Source: Asterias rubens
Taxonomy: Eukaryota
Reading direction: 5' to 3'
DNA: 64,000 nt
Assembly: GCF_902459465.1 (NCBI RefSeq)
Contig: NC_047065.1
Coordinates: forward strand, 16,864,001-16,928,000
Shown: one piece after another, positions 52,501-62,600 of the stretch
How the letters are laid out: each line of letters opens with the position of its first letter
How positions within the stretch are numbered: the first letter of the stretch is position 1
Position numbers and translations under genes: made by a program
The notes under the pieces: model-generated
What the model was told of the DNA's origin: nothing
What the model saw: the letters and a program-made list of their open reading frames with translations, nothing else
Databases searched by the model: none

Positions 52501-55289
52501 TGAATATTTTGTTATTGTGGGTCGAAATCAGGGCCCAATTTCATGGCTCTGCTAACCGTAAACACAGAATCGGCGCTTACGGAAGCAGGGAATTCTGTGC
52601 TTACGGCAAGCATATGTCATGGGTTAGCGGCGAATTTGGGCTTCTGCACGTGCGTACTTCACGTTACTAGGTATTCTACGCTTACAAGGCTAGCGCAGAA
52701 ATTCGGCGCTTGCATGTAAGTGGGGAATCGCGATCGTAAGCGCAGAATTCGGCGGTAAGCAGAGCTATGAAATTGGGCCCAGGTGGTCTCACAAAAGATG
52801 AAAGTAAAAACATTTATCTGCAAATAGACATTTGCCATAATCATGGAAACTTGACGAACTTATACTTATGAAAACCCTAAGCGGCTTCGCCTTCTCGAGG
52901 CTTTGGCCAAGACTCTCCTGGTTCCTTCAAAATACCGTACTCTGTGGTAACTTATAGCCAAATGTTTGGACTTGGACAAGATTAGGTTCTTAGGTACAAT
53001 ATGTTTGTTTTTCAGAGAGAGTGGGAAGACCAAAGTCAACCAAACATGGTAGTCTTGGTTCAATCTTTCTTTATTCTACAAAATGTACTTTTGATCTCAA
53101 AAGAAATCAATATTTAAAACAAAAGTATTGTTTTGAGTGCAGTTTTTTTGGATCAGAAAAAAATTGTGAAGAAAATATTTTGTAAAAATCACAGAATATT
53201 CATACGAAGCGCGAATAGTTTTTCATCATTTCCAAAGATATGCTGCACTGGTAAAATTATTGAGTACGAAATCAAGAATCTCGACCTCTCCACTTGCTGA
53301 TCACTACTCTAACCATCCGCACCACACAACGCTTGAAATCCTAGTCACCTCATAATCGCTGAAGTGCGCAAATGTGTTTCCTTCCGGCGTTAAACCAATG
53401 TTTGTGGGACAAAAGTGGTCCCCAAAATGTTTGATCAAGCAAAAACTTACACGATTTATATTAAGTAGGATTTGAAACTTTGCATGGTGGAAGTAAGATA
53501 TAGAAAAGTTTGCCGGAGTCTATCGCATTCCATGCGAATGTGGTAAGGTTTATGTCGGGGAAACCGGGCGTAACCTTCCCACTAGACTTAAGGAACACCG
53601 AGCACACGGAAGGAGGGGGGACTTCGATAAATCCGCCATCGTCAAGCATTCCCACATCACTGACCACCAAGTGAACTGGGAAGCAGCAGAAATCATCGCT
53701 CCAATCCAGGCGTGGCACCCTAGACGCATCAGAGAGGCCATAGAGATCCACAAGCATGACACCGTACCCCAAGACATCGGCTTCCACATCAGCGACATCT
53801 GGCTCCCCCTTCTCCCGACCAATGGATCTTCTATATCCACGGTCACCCCCTAGGCCCCAACCATTAGACTGCTTTGGGTCATCTATACCCTCAGTCACCT
53901 AGGCCCCACACCCTCACTATCCCCTGTGCTTGTTCCTACTGACACGGTTCAGTGAGCACACACCACCCTAGGCTCCCTAGGCTCCACCCTAGGCTCCACA
54001 ACAGGTTCACCACGCATCATCGAGTTCACTTCCCGCCTCTATTTCCCGCCTTCATGCATCACCGCTGATCCACCGCCCAGTACTTAAGCAGCATGCAGCA
54101 TCAGAGTCCAGCATTCTCCAGAAGACGATCAGAGCATACTGATCGAAACGTCGAGTTAATCCAACGGTTCTTTTCAGAACCACCCCAACTCATTGAGAGA
54201 TTGTTATTACATGGTGTTACCGCAAACTTTTCTATACGATTTATATTGCAATGTGAAAGTTATTTCTTCTCTGAGATTGCCTGGAACTGGTTGCCAGTAA
54301 CTTGCCTAGTGTGACATGCCTCTCGGAGTCATTCAATACTTACCCTGTCAAAAGTGTTCTTGGCCGGGTTGTACTCCAGGATGCAAATACGCCCCGAATC
54401 GGTACCAACCACGATATAATCTGCCAAAAACAATAACATTAAAGATGTGAAGGATGACAAAAGGTCATTTGAATCACAGGGATTTCGTCCAGCAATTTGG
54501 CATAACAAACAATATAGACTGAACTTATTTTATGCACACATGATATTTTAGTAACAATTGATATCTTTTGTGTAGCATTTCGCTTGGCTATACAAGGGAC
54601 ATTGCTCACTGCATCTTTTGGTACAATTGAACTAGAATCAACTACAATACCCAGGACCAGGAGTGAGAGTCATTGCTGACAAAAAAAAGTTTGAAACTGG
54701 GATACAAATTTTATGAGGTTTATGTGGTTTAGATTTCACTGAGCTTTTAGTTCCAAACAGTGTCCACAGCAATAGAGAGATAGATCAAAGAGCAGGAGTT
54801 TTTGAATTGCTGCCTTTCTTCACCAGACCGACATAAAGTCTGAATTTAAATAAAAATAAATGGCAGGCCTGAAATTGAGAGGACAAGTCCATTTTCATCT
54901 TGCAAAAGTCTATGGGAAACATTTCGAAGGCAGACCAAGGGCCAAGACCAGCAGGGTAACAGAGGCCATAGCCACCGTGGTCTCTGTTTATTTTCAGGCT
55001 TGCAATGCATCAACGTAACTTCAGCAAGTTAAACTAGCCTTTCCAGTCTTCCCAAGGATTTACCTTTGCTCCCTCCAGTAAGCTTGAAGGCCATCAACGA
55101 ACGGATGATCCCAAAGATCTCGTACGTAAGCACGGCATGGAGCTTGCCGGTGTTGGGATCCAGCTTAAGAAGCTCAAGGGCCTTCCCTCGGGCCACAACG
55201 ATCTCCTGCTGCTTCGTCCCGGCGAAGTTGCCATGGATAGCTTGCACGACTCCCGTGGCCCTCTGGAGGGTCAGTGAATACAGAAACAT
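28789..55289 (-). CDS. SF3B3: Splicing factor 3B subunit 3 (SAP130), complete, 26 coding exons, 1216 aa
   Basis: Exons: 55064-55289, 54344-54420, 52221-52487, 51258-51399, 49439-49551, 48844-48906, 48070-48248, 47171-47336, 46400-46495, 45251-45323, 41083-41234, 40483-40587, 40096-40146, 39573-39728, 37248-37388, 34924-35046, 34567-34721, 33754-33928, 32882-33087, 32426-32582, 31989-32114, 31356-31568, 30527-30769, 29763-29867, 29048-29143, 28789-28833. All GT-AG and phase-compatible, 3651 nt in total. [12 protein letters not shown]...[14 protein letters not shown] matches SF3B3. An acceptor AG immediately before the start implies a non-coding exon 1. Confidence 0.98.
35605..37115. mobile_element. 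Non-autonomous DNA transposon with 14-bp TIRs and an apparent 5-bp TSD (hAT5-like)
   Basis: CAGGGAACGATTTC at 35605 versus GAAATCGTTCACTG ending at 37115; GATGT on both flanks; TTGCAT(A/C)GCAA subterminal repeats at both ends. Confidence 0.55.
37874..38403. mobile_element. hAT-type MITE, 530 bp
   Basis: TIRs TAGTGCTGGGCGAAT / ATTCGCCCAGGCCTA; perfect 8-bp TSD GCATGTAC (37866-37873 and 38404-38411); internal ATATCCG/CGGATAT repeats. Confidence 0.88.
38825..39126 (+). mobile_element. tRNA-derived SINE (MetaSINE-like core); related copy at about 63555-63870; other tRNA-head SINE fragments near 28470-28570 (-) and 34300-34370 (+)
   Basis: A-box TGGCCGAGTGG and B-box GGTTC(A/G)AATCC, followed by the GAGCAAGA(T/C)ACTT..CTCT(T/C)CACC(C/T)AGGGGT..ATGGGTACC core. 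The 63.6-kb copy ends in an (ATT)n tail. Confidence 0.7.
39127..39312. other. Assembly gap (N run) in SF3B3 intron 14
   Basis: 186 N bases. Confidence 1.
45878..45961 (-). ncRNA. Box C/D snoRNA paralogue 1 (SF3B3 intron 9)
   Basis: Box C ATGATGA (45957-45951), guide TATTCGCGCTTCGT, D' ATGA, C'-like CTGATTA, TTTCTTCAC, box D CTGA (45885-45882); flanking inverted stem. Confidence 0.85.
46657..46739 (-). ncRNA. Box C/D snoRNA paralogue 2 (SF3B3 intron 8)
   Basis: Box C 46735-46729, box D 46664-46661, same guide and D'; near-identical to paralogue 1. Confidence 0.85.
47499..47747. mobile_element. MITE family C (GGGCCCAATTTCA...TGAAATTGGGCCC), Harbinger-like; relatives at about 11305-11552, 29280-29508 and 52531-52782, with half copies near 30810-30965 and 46030-46105
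   Basis: Inverted termini and recurrent GCTTAAGCA/GCTTAC internal motifs in several dispersed copies. Confidence 0.7.
47785..47869 (-). ncRNA. Box C/D snoRNA paralogue 3 (SF3B3 intron 7)
   Basis: Box C 47865-47859, box D 47792-47789, guide ATTCGCGCTTCGT plus ATGA, TTTCTTCAC, external stem. Confidence 0.85.
48406..48490 (-). ncRNA. Box C/D snoRNA paralogue 4 (SF3B3 intron 6)
   Basis: Box C 48486-48480, box D 48413-48410, same guide. Confidence 0.85.
49269..49352 (-). ncRNA. Box C/D snoRNA paralogue 5 (SF3B3 intron 5)
   Basis: Box C 49348-49342, box D 49276-49273; near-identical to paralogues 1 and 2. Confidence 0.85.
49982..50053 (-). ncRNA. Box C/D snoRNA, SNORD32/SNORD51 (yeast snR39/snR59)-like guide (SF3B3 intron 4)
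   Basis: Box C ATGATGA 50049-50043; guide TCCGTGTTTCAG followed by D' CTGA; C'-like GTGATTA; box D 49989-49986; perfect 8-bp flanking stem AGTTTGGA/TCCAAACT. The guide pairs with 28S UUGAAACACGGA. Confidence 0.8.
51710..51794 (-). ncRNA. Box C/D snoRNA paralogue 6 (SF3B3 intron 3)
   Basis: Box C 51790-51784, box D 51717-51714, same guide and D', TTTCTTCAC. Confidence 0.85.
53149..53233 (-). ncRNA. Box C/D snoRNA paralogue 7 (SF3B3 intron 2)
   Basis: Box C 53229-53223, box D 53156-53153; near-identical to paralogue 6. Confidence 0.85.
53515..54160 (+). mobile_element. 5'-truncated Penelope-like retroelement: GIY-YIG endonuclease C-terminus plus 3' tail
   Basis: In-frame 53515-53853: [28 protein letters not shown]...SAIVKH...HQVNWE...RRIREAIEI. 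The tail holds a hammerhead-like motif at 54116-54155. Confidence 0.88.
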
Positions 55290-56274
55290 TCTGACAGCAG
55301 CGATGGATGAGTGGCTTCAAAACTGATGTGTCACAAGCCTCCAATCTGGGAATGGGAAAAAAATGTTAACATTTAATGAAACACTGGAAAATAAACGCAA
55401 ACTGGAAAACAAATTGCATTTTGCATTTGGAAGGCAGTTTCATGCATTGCCATTGGGACATAGACCAGATTCTGTATAAAAATGTTGTTAAAATATTAAA
55501 TTTGCTAGCACCACAACCATAGAGGGCGCTATTCGTCTGTTAAACACACTGGTTAAAATAAACTTCCACATTTTTAAGTTTAAAACCTGCCCGCCCCCCC
55601 CCCCCCCCCCGAAGAAAAAACGGAAACTGACTTTGCACACAAACTGCAAGGCAGTTTCAGTCACGCATTTGCCATCACTCATCAGGACATTATGATTGAC
55701 GACAGATTCGAATTTATGTATAAAAATTCCGTTAATTAGAATGCAAATCTTGTAACTGCGACAACCATGTACACGCTTAGAAAAACTTAACAATAGAGGG
55801 CGCTTTACATGAACTGAGCCGAGTGCCAGGAATTTGGAAATCAGCATGCCATTTAAAAAAAAAATTATTTTTATAAAAAAAGCCTGCAGCTTTTATTTAA
55901 TTTTTAACTGGAAATAGCCTAGGGATATTTCGATGTCTATGGACCACAGACCCAGTGGGCGAGAAGTCTAAGATAAATACGGTTCAAAGGGACTCGTTCC
56001 CTCAGAAGTAGCTTTTTTACCCATGCCTCACCTTTTTGTTTTGTTTTGTCGTTTCAATGGGGGTTTTGTACACTACAGTACATAGTTTACAGCAATTTTT
56101 TAATTAGCATGGGCGTATCACAGATACAATTTTAAAAGCAAATTTAATCAATTTAAACCTGATAAGTAACTACAGTAAAGCAATTTTATCAACATTACAA
56201 TACGATACTATAATACATATAAAAATAATTGAAAATTGTAGTCAAATTTTTCGGATGTCAGTGGATTTTTGTAC

Positions 56275-56699
56275 CTCAATCGTTCAGCTTTGCGTCCCAA
56301 ACGTCTCCATTGCCGCGTTGAGTAGAGACTGGTAACATAAAATGCGTGTATATTTTCTTACGTATTGTTAGTGCATTCAAAAAAGGAGCCAGACTTAAAG
56401 TCATATACCCAGACTTTTTGTACGATTCATGAAATTACCAACGTATGAAGTACCAGTCTATTTAATATTCACAAATTCGGATATTATTTGTGGTAGGATC
56501 TGTAATTTTGAAACTTGATTTAAAAACAACATTTATACCACCGCAGTAATTGCTTTGGTTTCAATTTGTACCCTTTAACTTAATTTATATCAATGGATCT
56601 GTAAGACTTGCATAAATGCTCATTTTACCCGAATTAAATATCATTTAAAAAGTTTAAGAACAGGTACCGAATTCCGATCCGATAAAAACTGATGTAAAT
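56275..56699. promoter_or_regulatory. Probable bidirectional promoter region between SF3B3 (candidate non-coding exon 1 donor GAG|GTACAA near 56274) and COG4
   Basis: The two genes diverge; only 1.4 kb separates the start codons (55289 and 56700). TSS positions are inferred, not seen. Confidence 0.5.
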
Positions 56700-59600
56700 A
56701 TGGCGTCCGCCACGTCCTCGGTGTTTGACGCAATGGGCGTGGATAATTTGACTGATATGTCGGATATACAAGAAGCATTCGAAAAACTGTGTGTGGAAGA
56801 AGTAAGCCATTTCTTATTGTAACCATTTTGCCTGATAAAGAATACAACTCGAATGTACTTTTTCGAATAATTACAACTGCAAGTTGACGATCGCCACCAC
56901 CCCTGATTCTGCTGACGCTTGCTGGTGTTGACCAACTCGCCCCGCCAGCATGCCAAGCAATGCAATGTTGTCACCAATTTAAAGTCGCCCCACCACATTC
57001 AAACTCCTCGCCCCCTCTCAAATGTCGCCAAGCTCACAAAATTGCATGTTTTTGTGTTAATGTTGGGCTCAAGTCAAACCCATTCATTCCTGCACGATCG
57101 GTAGGTCGCTCAAAACTTTTCCTGCACGATCGGTAGATCGCGCAAAACTTTTCCTGCATAATCGGTTGATCGTGCAAAGCCTTTCCTGCGCAATCGGCTG
57201 ATAACGGGAAAAAATACTCGTAGCGCGATCGGTTTATCGGGCAAAGATGTTCATTGCGTGATCGACCGATTGTTGCGCAATCGACCGATTGTTGCGCGAT
57301 CGACCGATTGCTGCGCGACCAATTGATCTTAATTGATCTTTCAATAGCGCAGCGGGATCGGTTGATCGCGCAGATTGACCGATCACGCCCAACATTAATA
57401 CTCGTATAATACAGGAAAAGTTTCCGTATCCCTCGTATGGCGACACCACTTTTTCATTCGATATGATAGTAGGGATGTCAAAACGGGTCACGTGACACGC
57501 GTAAAAATGGCGAACTTTTTCACGTCCAGTGTCAATGTTTCATCTTCCAAAAATTATTTTAACAAAATGGAGGAGAATAAAAAAAATTTTAACAAAATGA
57601 ATGTATTAAGACCACTTTGATGTAGTACTTGATTGAATTTGACACTTACTATAATTTTAGTTTTTTAGAATAGGGCAATTTAAATCCGTACTTTGCGCTG
57701 AAAACATCGCTTTTCTGCGTCCCGTCGATTTATTAACTTTTTGTTTCCGAGCGTGATGAAGTTTTTCGTTGTGGTTGTAGTCTCACGAAATATGTCCCAA
57801 TATTGTCATACTTCCCCTTAAAATGAAGCTTAGATGTTTATCTTTTCATATTTAACCCGGGTCAGGGCGATAAACATGATCTTGAATTAATAAAACACCG
57901 AACAAATGTAGCGTTTGATTAAACGCAATGAAAGCCTGTCAGCCCGCGATACAGTTGCATACCGTTGGAAAGCCCCATTCGTGATCTAACGAATGACAGC
58001 AGTGTCAAAGTTCAAGAACGAGGCAGTTTCCGATGAAAGCGCAATCAACACGAGGGGTTGCTCAAGTTTTATGCACCTATCCGGTACAGAGGTTGTGTAT
58101 ACAGCTAGTTGTCTGGTTTCCACCTCTTATAAAGAGTAACGCATGCAGCACACGGCAAAGCTGTTTACGGGGTGACGTCATTGGGCCGAAACCAGACTAT
58201 TGTATGCTGCGCAATGGTTTTGCAAAATGGAGACTACAGCGCCGCGTCCCCCGTGAGAAGGCCGGTTTATAGTCGGTCGCGCGATGGTCGCGCGACGGAA
58301 GACTTGCGCGCAATCCTAAGACTGAGGCCTAAAAACCATGTCTTTTTATGATCGCGCGTCAAGATTTCCGACGCCCGACCATCGGGCTTGAGTGTGCATT
58401 GTTGACGTTTCCAAGGTTAAGATCGGACGTGTGGAAAGTGTCGCAAGTATTGTTTACCAAAATTGAAGAATAACAGCGGGAATTTTAAATTGTTTCTAGA
58501 GAAATTTTGGTTGTTTATAGAGTGTATTCATATTATCTTCGAAAAACAAACTTTTGAGTTGATTTTTATACTCTTTCAGTGTCATTAGTGTTCAGTTTTC
58601 AGAATTCAGTTCTCATTTTTTTTTTCAATTTTACTAAACTTTAACTGAAACGTCCAGTAGAGTCAGTGCACAACCTAGCTTCTGTATAAAACAATTATCA
58701 GTCTGTAAGTTGGAGCAAATTAAACACAGTTCAGTTTTTCTTTGATTTTTAATTAACATTTACTTTTATTAATAAATAACTTTAAGTTTAACACATATTT
58801 TCTACAGTACAACAACTGCCCTTATTTTGATGAAAATTCTTGAAACAACAATTACACCTAATTTGCATATTTAAAAAAAATAACAAATTTAATTAATTAA
58901 CAAATTAGTTGGTGGATATTGTTTTTGCATACATATCCTAAAGGTATCTTGCTTTCCTATTCCTGGTCCAAAAATGAAGGTGGTGACATATTTACTTTTT
59001 GAGATATTCCTTTTTGAAAACGTGAGTTTATTATAGAACGGGATTCAAATAACCACCAATTATGCATAATTTGCATATTTAAGAAACAAAACAATAAACA
59101 GCATAATGTTTTTTTTTGTTTTTTTGTTAAATTATCTGAAATGAATCTCACTTTCCTATTCCTGCTCCAAAAATGAAGGTAGTCAGACATTTACTTTTTG
59201 AGATATTCCCTTTTGAAAACACAAGTTTATTCATTGTTTATTTATAAAACCGGGATCAAATTACCCGCAATTAGGCATAATTTGCATATTTAAAAAACAA
59301 ACAATAAATAAGATAATGGATTGTTATTGTTGTTCTTTATTTTATTTTGAGGCACCTGACTTTTCTATTAGTGCTCCAAAAATGAACATTGTCAGACATT
59401 TACTTTTTGAGATATGTTCCTTTGAAAACATGGGTTTGTTCAATGTTTGTTTGTTTGTTTAAAAAGCAGTGAAAAGTCAATATTCACACCTTTCACTAAT
59501 CCCTCGGGACTTTAGGTCTTTCTTTAAAACTTGTTAATTTAAATTCCTAGCAATCAAATTGTTTTATTTCTTCTATTCTCATAAAACTTTTTGCAAGGAA

Positions 59601-62600
59601 GTAATATATTTAGGTTTTGTGCGACTTGAAACCTTAGTTTGTTAATTAGGACCCTGATAACATTGTTATTTGTTTGTTTATTGTTTACGTTAGTTGCTAT
59701 TAGCAACGGCCTTGTTGAACTTGACCTGTAAATTAATCATAACTTTGGAATCCCTTGACCGATTTTCTTCAAACTACCACCTAACAACTCCTATCACTGT
59801 GTTCTTTCATTATAGCCACATTGCAAAGCAAAAAAAAAAACATTATAATTTCAACTGACATCCCTAATGATAGTACTAATTTACCTCAAGTCAATGCGAT
59901 ATCCCTTCTTTCTTTTTTTATGAGTGAAAAGGTGGTGGCGCCATACAGAAAGATATCCTTAACACACAAATAATATTTATAAATATAATTATCTTTCTCA
60001 TTTAATTTAAGTTGTCAATTGAAATTTAATGAAGGCCAGAGGCTAAAGCATTTAGTATAATAATATTATTATTTATATTATTAATCAATCAAAATCAAAC
60101 CTCGTCCTAAGACTCCTAAAAGTAAAACTAGTAAAATAATGTTAAATAACTTAAGTAAACTTTAGGATTGTTATTATTAAGTTGTAGTAACTTAAGTTTA
60201 GCATCCTCGAATGTGTGAAAAAGTTTACTTTATCGCTCTTAAGGAGGGGTGACTTTGTAGGAAGGGGCGACTTTAAATTTAGACTTGCATTCCTTTTTAA
60301 GTTTGCTCTTTGAATAAAGGGGCAGGGCAGTTTTCCTCTGACAAGGGCGCTTCCATCCATAAGGTTTATCGCAATTACCGCCCGAAAGGCACTGTGGGAT
60401 GGAAAAAGGGGCTTACATTTTACAAAGCCCCCTTTTTCATCCCACAGTGCCTTCCGGTAAGTCAGCAAAATCAGTCAGGCTAGGATTGCGATAAACTTTA
60501 TGAGGAAAATTTAATTTGTATTGGATAGTTGCAACGGGCACTACAGGAGTACAGCAAACAAAAGCACCGGGCACCACGGCAATTGCTGTGGTATTTGCGA
60601 TAACGTAACTGTCCTCCCAACGACCGGAGGGTTACCAGACTCTGTTCACACACCGGGGTGAAATGGTCCAATACGTACAATTTTTACCCATAATCATAAT
60701 GACAGACTAGTCAACAGACTTGGTAAAATATTTTGTGATGATGTTTCAATTCAAAACATAACCCTGAAGTTCTTGTTGGTTTACAGCAAGGCATGACTGA
60801 TAACATTGATGGCTTGTTAGACAGGCAGACAAACCTGGAAGCAAAGATGAGCACATTACAGCGGTTGGGGTAAGAATTCAACTAAACTGTACTCTTCCAA
60901 TCATATGTGATTTTTTTCTTTTAGAGGTTTTACTCACTCCAGGTTTTCCCTTAACTTTCCAGTACTAGTAGGACCAGTTAGCACTTGGCTTGTCATTTCA
61001 CTCGTTGGTCAACTTTTTCACTGGTCCGTATTTCAAAATATAGGGATGTTTCTCAACAATGAATTAGCCATTGGGACCACTTTGTGAGAATTCTTACTGG
61101 TCCTTTGGCTTTTTAACTAGCTGGCATTTGGCCAGAAGACCACTGTTATGGGAGAACAGTGCATTCTGAACTGCCATAAGTTCTTGTTTTCAACTTTTTT
61201 ATTTTCTAATTTGAGACTTTAATTTAGTATAAATCTATTGTTATTTTGCAGGCAAAACCTTCAGCTTGTACACAGTGACTCCAAACAGCTCGGCAGTATG
61301 ATCAGTTTCACCTCAGACCTGGCTGAGAATGTGAGCAGTAAAGTCAGGGAGTTGGATGTCGCCAAAGTAAGTCGCATTTATTTTCCTTCCTATATGCTAG
61401 CAGGGCCCAATGGTTTAGAGTAGTGTTAGGAAAACCCAAACTTTCTTTGGAATTTGCTTAATTGGATTTGACTGTCACTAACAAGTTATAATTTTGTTTC
61501 CCCTACAGAATAGAGTACAGATTGCAATTCAGAGAGTGAATGATATTCTTGACCTTAAGGTAAGTTCATTGCTTTAAAGACACTGGACACCTTTGGTAAA
61601 TGTCAATGTCAAAGTCTAAGCTTGGACGATATCGATTTATTTTATTCACGATATATCGCAGACAATATATCGCGATATTCGATATAATCGCGATTAATGA
61701 AATTTGACATCATCAGTCTTCAAACTCCAAGTGAAAGTTGTAGAAGAGACAGTCATAGCATAGGAGAGGTGTTTGACTCCAAACCTATGGGGTGCAAGAT
61801 GTCTCAGCTAGGAAATACATCGCGATATTTAATCGATATATCGCGATATATCGCAATATTTAATCGATATATCGCGATATATCGCGATATATCGATATTT
61901 CGATTAAAACCAAATCCATCCGATATCAAAATCGTTTCCAAATTAATATCGCGATATTCGATAATATTGTGATATCGCCCAAGCTTATCAAAGACCCGTC
62001 TTCTCACTTGGTGTATCTAAAGGCATGGTTTATTTTTCATCATCACATTACAAGATATAAACAGTCCTGATATGTGTAAAGGGCAAGGCAGTTTTTCCTG
62101 AGTCAAAGGGGGCACCTCAACAAGGAAAATGTTAAAGACACTGGACACATTGGTAAATGTCAAAGACTAGCCTTTACAGTTGGTGTATCTCAACATATAC
62201 ATAAAATAACAAACCTGTGAAATAATAGATGTTAAATTTGCATCGGGGATAAAGAATATTAATTTTGGTTTTTACCCATACACCGATGTGTGTTAGCACT
62301 GTATACTCAGTAAAAAAAAAAAAATAAAATAAAAATTAATAAACCTGTGAAAGTTTGAGCTCAATCGGTCATCGAACTTGCGAGATAAGAATGAAAGAAA
62401 AAGCACCCTTATCACACGAAGTTGTGTGCGTTTAGATGGTTGATTTTGAGACCTCAAGTTCTAAACTTGAGGTCTTGAAATCAAGTTCGTGGGAAAATTA
62501 CTTTTTTCTCGAAAAGTATGGCACTTCAGAGGGAGCCGTTTCTCGCAATGTTTTATACCATCAACCTCTCCCCATTACTCGTCACCAAAAAAGGTTTTAT

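Noticed and set aside
45878-53233. The seven dispersed ~80-nt repeats read as a CRISPR-like array or a MITE family
   Set aside because: They are spaced by exons and kilobases, all in one orientation, one per intron, and conserve C/D boxes rather than TIRs and TSDs; no cas genes; eukaryotic context.
53461-53898. 145-aa minus-strand ORF in SF3B3 intron 2
   Set aside because: It is the antisense shadow of the Penelope GIY-YIG frame on the plus strand.
57058-57397. hAT-like MITE (TAATGTTGGGC...GCCCAACATTA with CGATCG-rich repeats)
   Set aside because: Inverted ends are short and the 8-bp flanks do not match, so it is not listed as a supported feature.
57486-57510. GTCACGTGAC (CLEAR/E-box) and AAAATGGCG (YY1-like) motifs as the COG4 promoter
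   Set aside because: COG4 coding exon 1 lies upstream at 56700, so these motifs are intronic; short motifs alone are insufficient.
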